Source: Clostridia bacterium (GTDB lineage: Bacteria > Bacillota > Clostridia > Oscillospirales > UBA644). Taken from it: a stretch of DNA of 64,000 nt. The position numbers and the translations under genes are program-made. Numbering within the stretch: position 1 is the first letter of the stretch; each line of letters begins with the position of its first letter. Location: the NCBI GenBank assembly GCA_017427285.1, contig JAFRTE010000007.1, positions 134,035 through 198,034 on the forward strand, read 5' to 3'. The notes under the pieces were generated by a model. The model was given only the letters and a program-made list of their open reading frames with translations, was not told the origin of the DNA and made no database searches. This document shows, piece by piece, positions 54,859 through 64,000 of the stretch.

Positions 54859-55959
54859 ATGAGAAGGATGAGAGTTGAAACCGTTCTGCTTGTTTTTATG
54901 TTTGCAGTAATGACGTTTTTCTTTATTGTTATGATAAATCAGGCAAAGAAAAACGATTTAAACAATCTCTATTATAATAATTTTTATTCGCAGAACACAG
55001 TAAGACTTAAAATATCGAGAAGCTCCACAAGCGTAAAAGAAAGCGAAAAGCTTGATCCGAAAGAGTATGCGGAAGACTTTGTTTTATACAACGCTCTCGA
55101 CGATAAGCTTGACGCCGCATACGACGACGACAAGGTCCGCGTAGTTTTCTTTAAAGGAGAAAACTTTCCGAAGCCGCATATAATCGCCGGAAGGTATTTC
55201 ACGGAGGACGATATCAGGTCCGAAGAGCCGCTTTGCGTATTAGGCATGACATCATTTGACAAAAACGTTGATTCGGAAGGATATTACTATTATTTTGACG
55301 CAATAAACAGCAGAATTGTCAAATGCAAAGTTATAGGCGTTATGGGCATGAAAAACGGCGCGGCAAGCGACGTTGACGCAACGGTTATGATAAACTGGTA
55401 CGGATATTACAACGGAATTGAAAGCGCGACCGGAACGTTTTATATAGATTCAAATTCAAAACGCGTTTCAGACGACATTTTTGAAAAGCTGAAAAAGCAG
55501 CTTGAAGGAATATCGACGGAGGACAACGAGTATTCCGCCACCGAGCTGCTGACGGTCGGAAACATAAGAAGTTTTTCGTATTTTACTTATTATCTGTTTA
55601 TTCTCGGCTCAGTTATACTGACGATATGCATCATTATGGTCTCTCTGCGCTACTGCGACTCGCAGAGCAGGAAAACGGCGATAAAAAAGCTGTGCGGTTA
55701 TTCCGGAGCTACGGTATATATTGAAACGACCGCGCTTATAGTTGCAATATCTGCCGCAGGTCTTGCAGTGGGATTTGCAATCACCGCGCTTTTGCGGATA
55801 TCGGTCGATTTCAGATATTCCGAAACGGGATATTATACGGATCTTTCTCCCGAACTTATCGCGCTCGTTTGCGCGGCTGTTATTGCATACTCCTTTATCG
55901 TAGCGATTTTTCCGTCCGTTAAAGCGTACAGTACAGATACTTCCGACGCATTGAAGTAA
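54859..55959 (+). CDS. Second FtsX/MacB-like permease-fold membrane protein
   Basis: Same TM1 / extracytoplasmic domain / 3-TM topology. No ATPase gene is adjacent. Confidence 0.55.
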   Translation: MRRMRVETVLLVFMFAVMTFFFIVMINQAKKNDLNNLYYNNFYSQNTVRLKISRSSTSVKESEKLDPKEYAEDFVLYNALDDKLDAAYDDDKVRVVFFKGENFPKPHIIAGRYFTEDDIRSEEPLCVLGMTSFDKNVDSEGYYYYFDAINSRIVKCKVIGVMGMKNGAASDVDATVMINWYGYYNGIESATGTFYIDSNSKRVSDDIFEKLKKQLEGISTEDNEYSATELLTVGNIRSFSYFTYYLFILGSVILTICIIMVSLRYCDSQSRKTAIKKLCGYSGATVYIETTALIVAISAAGLAVGFAITALLRISVDFRYSETGYYTDLSPELIALVCAAVIAYSFIVAIFPSVKAYSTDTSDALK

Positions 55960-56032
55960 AAACGTCCGAAAAGTATTGACAAAAGGCGTTTGGCGGTATA
56001 TAATTGTTAAAAAAAACAAAGGGGAATAAAAA

Positions 56033-57655
56033 ATGAAGCTCAGACTGCCCGACCATTTGACTGTTTATACAGATAAAGAGGCGATAAAAAGGCCGTATGC
56101 GGAAAAATTTGAAGAAAGCGGTATCGTCCTTTCGCTGAAAGAGGAAAACGGAGGGCTTGCAGTTAAAATAACGGCGGATAAAACGCCGCTTAAGTATATC
56201 CGTCTTCGCTGGAATTTCAGCAGTGAAGAAAAAAGAAACGAACCTGTAAAAATACTCGGAGACGCATACGAACGCGCCTACGCCGATTTGAGATGGGCGG
56301 GGATAGAGCCGGAAAGAATGATGCCGTGGTATATCCTTGTATCGAACGGCTCAGATTCCGTAAAAGACGTTAAAGGGAGATATACGGAAGGATTCGGCGT
56401 TAAAGTTCAGTGTTTTTCGATAGTAACGTGGCAGTATGACGGCGCGGGAGTATCGATGTGGGCGGATATACGCAACGGCGGAGAAGGCGTTATTCTTTCG
56501 GGAAAAACGCTCGATGTATGCACGGTAGTATTCGGCGATTATTGCGATATGTCCGCATTTGACGCGGGCAGAGAATTCTGCCGCGCAATGTGTCCGACAG
56601 CGAAGCTGCCCGATCACAAGGTTTACGGCTCGAACAACTGGTATTACACATACGGTAAAAGCTCAAGGGAAGATATACTCAACGATACGAGAATAGTTGC
56701 AAAACAGTGTAAGGGGCTTGCGAATATTCCGTATATGGTCATAGACGACGGTTGGCAGAAATACAATACCGAGGCGCCGTGGGAAAGCAGAGACAATTTC
56801 GGAGATATGAAAACCCTTGCGGACGAAATGCGCAAAATGGGAGTACGCCCTGGAATTTGGGTGCGCTATCTTGCAAACGCAAAACACGAGATCCCCGAAG
56901 CTACGGACGAATGGATGATAGACAGAGGCGGAGACAAAGTTCAGCTTGACCCCTCCCACCCCGGCGTTATCGAATATGTAAAGCAGGTAACGAGGAATAT
57001 ACGTGAATGGGGATATGAACTGATAAAGCACGACTACTCCGCATTTGATACTTTCGGCGGATTTGCTCCGCTGAAATTCCTTGAATTTCAGTATGCGAGA
57101 GACGGCTGGCATTTTTATGACAGAAGCAAAACTACGGCTCAGATATCGGTTGAATTTTACCGCGCGATAAAGGAAGCCGCGGGCGACAACTGCGTTATTA
57201 TCGGCTGCAACACGGTTTCGCACCTTTGCGCGGGCATGTATGAGCTTAACAGAACGGGCGACGATACGAGCGGAGCGGACTGGAACAGAACGCGTAATTT
57301 CGGCGTAAACACGCTCGCCTTCAGACTTATCCAAAACGGCATTTTCTATATGGCGGACGCAGACTGCGTAGGTATTATGGGCCCCATTCCCTGGAAGCTG
57401 AACCGTCTCTGGCTCGACGTGCTTTCAAAGAGCGGATCTCCGCTTTTCGTATCGTGCAAGCCGGGCGTTTTGAACGAAGAAGAAATCGCGGAGCTCAGGG
57501 ATGCGTGGGAGGTAAACTCCGTTCAGGAAAACGACGCGAGACCGCTTGACTGGATGGAAAATCAGTATCCCGCGCGCTGGCTTATCGACGGAAAAGAAGT
57601 TTATTACAACTGGTATGACGAGGAAGGCATAAGCTCGTTCCGCCCGACACGCTGA
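56033..57655 (+). CDS. Clan-D alpha-galactosidase-like glycoside hydrolase (GH36/GH27-like)
   Basis: MVIDDGWQ and LIKHDYSAFD motifs. 540 aa. Confidence 0.6.
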   Translation: MKLRLPDHLTVYTDKEAIKRPYAEKFEESGIVLSLKEENGGLAVKITADKTPLKYIRLRWNFSSEEKRNEPVKILGDAYERAYADLRWAGIEPERMMPWYILVSNGSDSVKDVKGRYTEGFGVKVQCFSIVTWQYDGAGVSMWADIRNGGEGVILSGKTLDVCTVVFGDYCDMSAFDAGREFCRAMCPTAKLPDHKVYGSNNWYYTYGKSSREDILNDTRIVAKQCKGLANIPYMVIDDGWQKYNTEAPWESRDNFGDMKTLADEMRKMGVRPGIWVRYLANAKHEIPEATDEWMIDRGGDKVQLDPSHPGVIEYVKQVTRNIREWGYELIKHDYSAFDTFGGFAPLKFLEFQYARDGWHFYDRSKTTAQISVEFYRAIKEAAGDNCVIIGCNTVSHLCAGMYELNRTGDDTSGADWNRTRNFGVNTLAFRLIQNGIFYMADADCVGIMGPIPWKLNRLWLDVLSKSGSPLFVSCKPGVLNEEEIAELRDAWEVNSVQENDARPLDWMENQYPARWLIDGKEVYYNWYDEEGISSFRPTR

Positions 57656-57657
57656 AA

Positions 57658-58098
57658 ATGAAAACTGTTATAAAACGATTTGACGAGCTGACCGCGAAAG
57701 AACTGTATGAAATAATCCGAGCGAGAACGGAAGTATTCGTGGTAGAGCAAAACTGTCCGTATCAGGAGCTTGACGGACTGGACGTTTACTCTACTCATCT
57801 GTATTTTGCGGAAAACGGCGTTATCGCGGCGTATATGAGAATAGTTCCCGCAGGCAAAAGGTTTCAGGAAGTGTCTTTCGGAAGAATTTTCACCGCCATG
57901 CCCTACCGCGGAACTGGTCTCGGCGCAAAGCTTCTTGAAGAAGGGATAAAAACTGCGGAAAAGATCTACGGAAAGCTTCCGATCCGCATAGGCGCGCAGA
58001 AATACGCCTGCGGTTTTTACGAAAGATTCGGATTTGCGATAGATTCGGACGAATATGACGAGGACGGAATAGTCCATATTGAAATGATAAGAAAATAG
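57658..58098 (+). CDS. GNAT-family N-acetyltransferase (ElaA-like)
   Basis: ELYEIIRARTEVFVVEQNCPYQELDG and RGTGLG motifs. Confidence 0.8.
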   Translation: MKTVIKRFDELTAKELYEIIRARTEVFVVEQNCPYQELDGLDVYSTHLYFAENGVIAAYMRIVPAGKRFQEVSFGRIFTAMPYRGTGLGAKLLEEGIKTAEKIYGKLPIRIGAQKYACGFYERFGFAIDSDEYDEDGIVHIEMIRK

Positions 58099-58147
58099 CC
58101 GAAAGCCTGCTTACGCAAATGCGTTTGCAGGTTTTTTTTCATATCAC

Positions 58148-58176
58148 TTGACGAAACAGATATTGTATGATATAAT
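58148..58176 (+). promoter_or_regulatory. ccdA operon promoter
   Basis: TTGACG, 17-nt spacer, TATAAT, with TG extension (TGATATAAT). Confidence 0.6.
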
Positions 58177-58201
58177 ATAATAGTTATATTATGCGGAGGA
58201 G

Positions 58202-58874
58202 ATGAAAAAAAACGCAGTATTTCATTGCATTTCTGGAAGGGATAGTTACTTTCATCTCTCCTTGTCTTCTGCCGATGATACCGATCTACGTTACGTATTT
58301 TGCGGGAGGCGGAGAAAGGACAACATTAAAAACGCTTAAAAACGCCCTCGGGTTCGTTCTCGGTTTTACCGTTGTGTTTGTCCTTCTGGGTACCCTTGCC
58401 GGCGTGCTCGGCGGTTTTCTCGTAAAATACCGCGTCGCTGTAAACATCGTGACGGGACTTGTCGTTGTCTTTTTCGGGCTTAGCTATCTCGGAGTATTCA
58501 AGCTGAATATCTTCAACGGCATCGGGAAAAACTCAAAGACCGAAAATCTCGGTTTTTTCTCGTCAGTTATTTTCGGGATCATATTCTCATTGGGCTGGAC
58601 GCCTTGCGTAGGTACGTTTCTTGGGTCAGCGCTCCTGCTTGCATCACAGCAGCAAACGGTCGTCGCTGGCACTGCGATGCTGCTTCTTTATTCGCTCGGA
58701 CTCGGAATACCGTTTGTTGTAAGCGCGCTTTTAATAGATAAACTTAAAACAACGTTTGATTATATAAAGAAAAATTACGGTATCATAAACAAAGTATGCG
58801 GCGTTTTGCTGATAGTTATAGGCATACTGATGATGACGGGACTAACCGGAACGATAGTAAATATTTTAAGCTGA
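58202..58874 (+). CDS. ccdA: Cytochrome c biogenesis/thiol-disulfide transporter CcdA (DsbD TM-domain family), with an apparent 1-nt frameshift in an A8 tract at 58205-58212
   Basis: The ORF-track ORF runs 58275-58874. Its frame continues upstream through AFLEGIVTFISPCLLP (conserved Cys motif) to TGA 58203. ATG 58202 comes into frame if the A8 tract is A7. Confidence 0.7.
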
Positions 58875-58881
58875 GGTAAAA

Positions 58882-59496
58882 ATGAAAAATAAAATCGCTG
58901 TGTTTGCTCTTATTTTTATTGCTGTAGTTGTTTTCGGCGGTATTTATCTGCTTTACGGGATGATGAATACGCAATATGCCCCAAACAATATCAGCGTAAA
59001 TACTACGGAAAACGGTAATAATACGCCGTCTGCGGATGCTTCGGTAAACACGGATAAAAAAGAGTATTCCGTTGACAATTTCACGGTCATTGACGCGGAA
59101 GGAAACTCGGTCGAGCTTTGGGACTGCATAGGGAAACCGCTTATTCTGAATTTCTGGGCGAGCTGGTGCGGTCCGTGCAAAAGCGAAATGCCTCATTTCG
59201 AGCAGGCATATAAGGATAATCCCGATATACGCTTTATGATGGTTAACGTTACCACGAGCTCATATGACGAAAAAACGTCGGCGCAGCAGTATGTTGAATC
59301 ACAGGGGTTTACATTTCCCGTTTATTTTGATACGACGGGAGTTGCCGCCGAAAAATACGGGATCATGTATATTCCGATGACGTTTCTAATAGATAAAAAC
59401 GGAAATCTTGTAGGGCAGGTCGACGGCTCTATGTCAAAAGAAGATCTTGACGAATGCATACGTATCGTTAAAGGCGAAGAGATCAAAATTCAGTAA
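58882..59496 (+). CDS. TlpA/ResA-like membrane-anchored thioredoxin-fold thiol-disulfide oxidoreductase
   Basis: N-terminal TM helix. WASWCGPC active site. Confidence 0.85.
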   Translation: MKNKIAVFALIFIAVVVFGGIYLLYGMMNTQYAPNNISVNTTENGNNTPSADASVNTDKKEYSVDNFTVIDAEGNSVELWDCIGKPLILNFWASWCGPCKSEMPHFEQAYKDNPDIRFMMVNVTTSSYDEKTSAQQYVESQGFTFPVYFDTTGVAAEKYGIMYIPMTFLIDKNGNLVGQVDGSMSKEDLDECIRIVKGEEIKIQ

Positions 59497-59542
59497 ACGG
59501 AGATATTTTAAATTGGATAAAAACATTGTTAAAAATGAATAC

Positions 59543-60250
59543 ATGAACGTTAAAATGCTTTTGCGCTCTATCCCATCAACGGTTGTTGCTTTATTTGCAG
59601 TAAGCGTTGTATGTATGAATCTGCTTGCGAATAAAACGATTGTCCAGACCGAATGGCTCGCTTTGGACGGCGGGATAACCGTTTCGTGGCTTTCATTTCT
59701 CTGCATGGACATAATCACGAAGTATTTCGGCCCGAAAGCGTCGAATATCACGGCTATTCTTGCCGCGGTCATCAATCTTCTTGTATGTCTGATATTCTTT
59801 ATCGTAAGCATAATCCCCTCGGGAGCGGATGACTATACGGCGCTTGACGGTATTCTGGGCGGGACATGGTTTATTTTGCTTGGCAGTACGGTCGCCTTTA
59901 TTGCATCGGCGTTTGTAAATAACCTGATAAACTGGCTTATCGGCAGATGTTTCAAAAAAAATCCCGACGGAAAGCTTGCTTTTATTGCCAGGTCTTATAT
60001 TTCAACGTTTATCGGACAGTTTGCGGACAACATCATTTTTGCTATTATCGTATTCGTTATATTTGCGCCGATTTTCTGGGACGGTTTTCACTGGACGATA
60101 CTGCAGTGCTTTACATGCGCCTTAACGGGCGCTGTCGCTGAGCTGCTGATGGAAGTTATATTCTCCCCTATCGGATACAGTATAACTAAAAAATGGGAGA
60201 GAGAAAACGTGGGCAAAGAGTATTTTGAATATATCGGGAAAGTGAAGTAA
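59543..60250 (+). CDS. VUT-family (YhhQ/DUF165) queuosine-precursor transporter-like membrane protein
   Basis: Multi-TM protein with FIGQFADNIIF motif. The ORF-track start 59447 overlaps the upstream gene. ATG 59543 or TTG 59513 is more likely. Confidence 0.65.
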   Translation: MNVKMLLRSIPSTVVALFAVSVVCMNLLANKTIVQTEWLALDGGITVSWLSFLCMDIITKYFGPKASNITAILAAVINLLVCLIFFIVSIIPSGADDYTALDGILGGTWFILLGSTVAFIASAFVNNLINWLIGRCFKKNPDGKLAFIARSYISTFIGQFADNIIFAIIVFVIFAPIFWDGFHWTILQCFTCALTGAVAELLMEVIFSPIGYSITKKWERENVGKEYFEYIGKVK

Positions 60251-60251
60251 T

Positions 60252-60905
60252 ATGAAGGTACTTATAACGGGGACTTCGCGTGGGATAGGGAAAGCCGCAG
60301 CAGAATATTTTATTGAAAACGGTCATACGGTCATAGGTATAGACAGACTTGAAAAAAGTATTGAAAGCAGTCTTTATACGCACTTCGTCTGCGATATTCG
60401 CAATACGGATACACTGCCCGATATTGACGACGTTGAAATACTTGTAAACAATGCCGGAACGCAAAACGAAGACGATATAGATATAAATCTTAAAGCGCTT
60501 ATCGCCGTAACAGAAAAATATGCGATACAGCCGAAGATAAAGTCCGTATTGAACATAGGGTCAGCATGCGCGCATACGGGCTCGGAATTTCCTGAATACT
60601 GCGCAAGCAAGGGCGGAGTGATCGCATATACAAAAAACGTCGCTTACCGCATAGCAGAATACGGCGCGACCTGCAACAGCATAGACCCGGGAGGAGTTGT
60701 TACCCATTTAAACGACTGCGTTTTGAACGATCCCGTCCTCTGGGAAAAGGTGATGAACGAAACTCCGCTTAAAAGATGGGCGACTCCGCGAGAGATAGCT
60801 GAATGGATATATTTTATGACTGTTACAAACGGATTCTGCACCGGACAGAATATAATTGTTGACGGAGGAGAATCGATAAACTTTCATTTTATCTGGAAAG
60901 AGTAA
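60252..60905 (+). CDS. Short-chain dehydrogenase/reductase (SDR)
   Basis: ITGTSRGIGKA and YCASK motifs. Confidence 0.85.
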   Translation: MKVLITGTSRGIGKAAAEYFIENGHTVIGIDRLEKSIESSLYTHFVCDIRNTDTLPDIDDVEILVNNAGTQNEDDIDINLKALIAVTEKYAIQPKIKSVLNIGSACAHTGSEFPEYCASKGGVIAYTKNVAYRIAEYGATCNSIDPGGVVTHLNDCVLNDPVLWEKVMNETPLKRWATPREIAEWIYFMTVTNGFCTGQNIIVDGGESINFHFIWKE

Positions 60906-60940
60906 ATCCTCAAAAATTCGAAAGAACGGAGTGCGTATAA

Positions 60941-62356
60941 ATGAGAAAAACAAAGATAATCTGCACGATCGGTCCTTCCTGTGAAGACGCGGAGACACTG
61001 AAGGAAATGTGTCTTGCCGGGATGAACGTTGCGAGATTCAACTTTTCGCACGGAACGCATGAATATCACAAAAGACTGATGGACACGGTCAAAGAAGTCC
61101 GTGACGAGCTTGATTTGCCTATCGCGATCATGCTGGACACAAAAGGTCCGGAATACAGGATATCGACATTTGAAAACAAAAAGGTGTTTCTTAACGACGG
61201 AGATACTTTTGCTTTTACCGCCGATGAGTGCGTAGGCAACAGCGAACGCGTATCTGTAAGCTACAAAAATCTCGCCAAAGAAGTAAACATCGGAGATATA
61301 ATACTCGTAAACAACGGACTTTTAACGTTCAGAGTAAAGGAAATAAAGGGCAACACGGTCTACTGCGACGTATTAGTTGGCGGCGAGCTTTCGGACAAAA
61401 AAAGCATGAATTTTCCCAATCATACTTTAAAAGGCGATTATCTTAGCGAACAGGATAAGCAGGATATACTTTTCGGCATCGAAAACGGCGTTGATTTTAT
61501 AGCTGCGTCTTTCGTATCCACAAAAAGCGACGTTGCCAATCTCCGTGACTTTTTAAACGAAAACGGCGGGGATGAAATAGATATAATCGCAAAAATAGAA
61601 AACCGCGCGGGAGTTGACAATATAGATGAGATATGCGATATTGCGGACGGCGTTATGGTTGCGAGAGGCGATCTCGGCGTTGAGATACCGTTTGTTGAAG
61701 TGCCGTCAATACAAAAATATCTGATAAAAAAATGCAGACTTCTCGGCAAACGCGTAATTACGGCAACGGAAATGCTTGAATCGATGATAGAGAAACCGCG
61801 TCCGACGAGAGCCGAGATTTCGGACGTTGCAAACGCGGTATACGACGGCTCGTCAGCCGTTATGCTCTCTGGAGAGACGGCGACCGGCAAATACCCCGTT
61901 ACGGCGGTAAAAAATATGGCGGAAATTGCCGAAAGTACTGAAAAGGCGATAGATTACGTAAAGCAGTTTGCAACGACGGAATACCACATTAAAAACAATA
62001 TAGACGCCGTTTCTCATGCAACGTGCGCAATGGCTATCGATACGAAGGCAAAAGGAATCGTAATAAGTTCGTTATCGGGTATGACGGTAAGAATGGTAAG
62101 CAGATTCAGACCGCCGGCAGACATTATAGGAATGACTACATCCGTAAAAGCATGGAGAAAGCTTAATCTGAGCTGGGGCGTAACGCCGGAATTAAGCGAG
62201 GAATTCAACTCGGTCGACGTTATGTTTTACCATGCGGTACAGAAAGCGAAAAATGTTTTCGGACTGTCAAAAGGCGACAATATCATTCTTACAGGCGGAC
62301 AGACTAACGGAAAATCAGGAAATACAAACACGATCCGTCTTGAAACGATAAACTGA
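60941..62356 (+). CDS. pyk: Pyruvate kinase
   Basis: KIICTIGP, MVARGDLGVEIP and MLSGETA motifs. Confidence 0.95.
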   Translation: MRKTKIICTIGPSCEDAETLKEMCLAGMNVARFNFSHGTHEYHKRLMDTVKEVRDELDLPIAIMLDTKGPEYRISTFENKKVFLNDGDTFAFTADECVGNSERVSVSYKNLAKEVNIGDIILVNNGLLTFRVKEIKGNTVYCDVLVGGELSDKKSMNFPNHTLKGDYLSEQDKQDILFGIENGVDFIAASFVSTKSDVANLRDFLNENGGDEIDIIAKIENRAGVDNIDEICDIADGVMVARGDLGVEIPFVEVPSIQKYLIKKCRLLGKRVITATEMLESMIEKPRPTRAEISDVANAVYDGSSAVMLSGETATGKYPVTAVKNMAEIAESTEKAIDYVKQFATTEYHIKNNIDAVSHATCAMAIDTKAKGIVISSLSGMTVRMVSRFRPPADIIGMTTSVKAWRKLNLSWGVTPELSEEFNSVDVMFYHAVQKAKNVFGLSKGDNIILTGGQTNGKSGNTNTIRLETIN

Positions 62357-62371
62357 TACGGTTAAAAAATT

Positions 62372-62408
62372 CTCCGTTTTCACAGAAAATGAAAACGGAG
62401 GTTTTTTT
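62372..62408. terminator. Bidirectional terminator between pyk and the GH92 gene
   Basis: CTCCGTTTTC / GAAAACGGAG 10-bp stem followed by GTTTTTTT. Confidence 0.7.
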
Positions 62409-62417
62409 ATATATTTA

Positions 62418-64000
62418 TTATTCTATACCCCATTCGCGGTTTGGAACGTCGCTCATTTCAAGAATAAGTTCGCCGCCCGAAACAATGTCTTTGTGGTCGA
62501 TAAACGGTCTTTTCAATTCTTTGCCGTTGAGATAAGCGGAACGGATATAGCGCTTGCCGCTTCCCGCGCCGTCGGCTTTGATTTTAAAGACTCCGTCCCC
62601 TGCTTTTATCTCTATACTGTCAAAAACGGGAGAAGACAGAGTATATTCGCTCTTGCCGGGACATACCGGATAAATGCCCGCAGCAGAAAAGGCGAACCAT
62701 GAAGACATCGCCCCTCCGTCCTCATCGCCGCAGATACCTAGTGGAGAATTTGTAAACCAGATATCCATTATCGTGCGCATACGTCTTTGCGTCATCCAGG
62801 GTTTTCCGCAGTAATTGTAGAAAAACGGAATATGGAAACTCGGCTCGTTGCCCATGCAGAACATACCCATAAGACCTGTTGAATCCGGGAACTGACGGAG
62901 AAACGTGTATTTATTCGGCAGACAGGGAGTAGTGAAAAGTTCGTCAAGGCGGTCGCAAAGCTTATCTTTCCCGCCCATGAGATCGGCAAGTCCCTCTATA
63001 TCGTGCCATACGGAGAAATTGAAGCTGTAAGCATTGCACTCGGCAAAATATGCGCGTCCCCCCTGCCCTCCGCTGAGCATCGGATCGTAATCTTTTATCC
63101 ATTCGCCGTCTATATTTTTCGGCGCCATAAAACCGATTTCTTTATTGTAAACGTTTATATAGTTTTTCGAACGCTTCATAAACAGACGGTAGTCGTCTTC
63201 TTTGCCGAGATGTTTTGCAAGCTGTGCAACGCACCAGTCGTCGTAGGCGTGTTCGAGCGTTACCGCAACGCACTGACGGTTTTCGAAATCGTGGACCTCG
63301 GGGATATATTCCTCTCTGTCAGGTTCGAGACCGGGAAAATATCCGTTGTTGTAGTAGCATCTGTCAAGCTCGGTCGCGGGCTTATCAGCAACCCACGGAA
63401 GCATGGTTACCTGCGTTGCGTTTCTGTAAATACCCTCATACGCAGTCTCATAGTCGGTTTCTATATTCTTTGCGAGACCATCCGCAAAAAGAGCTGCCGC
63501 GTGAAAACCGAGCATAACGGGAGAGTCTCCCTCAAAGCCGGGAAACGACGGCATTGCTCCGGACTGACGGTACATCTCCACATAACTGTCGAGCACCTTT
63601 TTATGAATTTCGGGTTCGAGGAGAAGCTGCAGCGGGTGCATGGAACGGAAGCTGTCCCAAAGCTGATCGCCGCAGAAAAAGCCGACGCCTTTATGTATTT
63701 TTTTATCGTAACCGGAATAATACTCTCCGTATTCGCTCATATCCGTCATTTTGCCGAAAGAACGGTAAAGAGAGGTGTAATAAACGGTTTTCATATCCTC
63801 GGTACCGCCGCTAACGGTCATTTTACCGAGAAGGTCGTTCCATGTATTTTTTGCCTCTTTTACGATATCGCAAAACGTTTTGCCCAAAACTTCGTTTTTG
63901 TATATTTCGTCGGCTTTTTCAAACGATATATTCGAAACGGAAGCGAAAATCTCGCATGTTTCCGGAATACCGTCGATTACCGCTCCGTTTTCGTCCATCA
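62418..64000 (-). CDS. Glycoside hydrolase family 92 (alpha-mannosidase-like), N-terminus outside window
   Basis: GNEPSFHIPFFYNY and CGDEDGGAMSSWFAFSAAGIYP motifs. The frame is open to the window end. Confidence 0.75.
   Translation of the reverse strand, partial: MDENGAVIDGIPETCEIFASVSNISFEKADEIYKNEVLGKTFCDIVKEAKNTWNDLLGKMTVSGGTEDMKTVYYTSLYRSFGKMTDMSEYGEYYSGYDKKIHKGVGFFCGDQLWDSFRSMHPLQLLLEPEIHKKVLDSYVEMYRQSGAMPSFPGFEGDSPVMLGFHAAALFADGLAKNIETDYETAYEGIYRNATQVTMLPWVADKPATELDRCYYNNGYFPGLEPDREEYIPEVHDFENRQCVAVTLEHAYDDWCVAQLAKHLGKEDDYRLFMKRSKNYINVYNKEIGFMAPKNIDGEWIKDYDPMLSGGQGGRAYFAECNAYSFNFSVWHDIEGLADLMGGKDKLCDRLDELFTTPCLPNKYTFLRQFPDSTGLMGMFCMGNEPSFHIPFFYNYCGKPWMTQRRMRTIMDIWFTNSPLGICGDEDGGAMSSWFAFSAAGIYPVCPGKSEYTLSSPVFDSIEIKAGDGVFKIKADGAGSGKRYIRSAYLNGKELKRPFIDHKDIVSGGELILEMSDVPNREWGIE

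Noticed and set aside
59497-59542. A possible preQ1 riboswitch upstream of the YhhQ-like queuosine-precursor transporter.
   Set aside because: Only ~45 nt are available, and they show no hairpin plus A-rich tail resembling preQ1-I or preQ1-II aptamers.

Overview
This window looks like a chromosomal segment from a low-to-moderate-GC Firmicute, probably Clostridia. That taxon call is inferred from gene content, AGGAGG-type ribosome-binding sites and TTGACA-17-TATAAT promoters. All family calls come from motifs I recognise by eye; no database search was run.

Housekeeping backbone:
- leuC(partial)-leuD-leuB and an HtrA protease.
- tRNA-Pro(CGG), tRNA-Leu(CAG), tRNA-Gln(UUG) and mnmA.
- ylxM-ffh-rpsP-KH-rimM-trmD, then rpsO-pnp.
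- cadC-cadA, ccdA plus a TlpA-like thioredoxin, a YhhQ-like transporter, an SDR and pyk.

Carbohydrate genes: uxuB-uxuA, GH127, a GH28-like beta-helix protein, a ThuA / Gfo-Idh-MocA / sugar isomerase cluster, a clan-D alpha-galactosidase and a partial GH92.

Main hunt result, at about 21.95-24.1 kb: an orphan reverse transcriptase (22196-23404, minus strand). It is preceded by a promoter-equipped, ORF-free, structured region of about 140 nt closed by perfect 16-nt inverted repeats. A 171-aa unknown ORF lies upstream. Downstream there is a 17-codon hydrophobic ORF fully covered by a predicted antisense transcript. This is a retron- or DRT-like RT-ncRNA module, but the RT motifs do not fit canonical retron, DGR or mobile group II intron RTs.

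Other notable items:
- A sigma-less partner-switching operon with a STAS-kinase-GHKL triple fusion.
- A secreted PPC/C39-like peptidase gene split by one in-frame TAA.
- ccdA separated from its start codon by an A8 tract.
- Two different tRNA genes that share flanking sequences.
- An AT-rich A-B-B-A paralogue cluster with two orphan FtsX-like permeases.

No integrase, transposase, CRISPR array or rRNA was seen.
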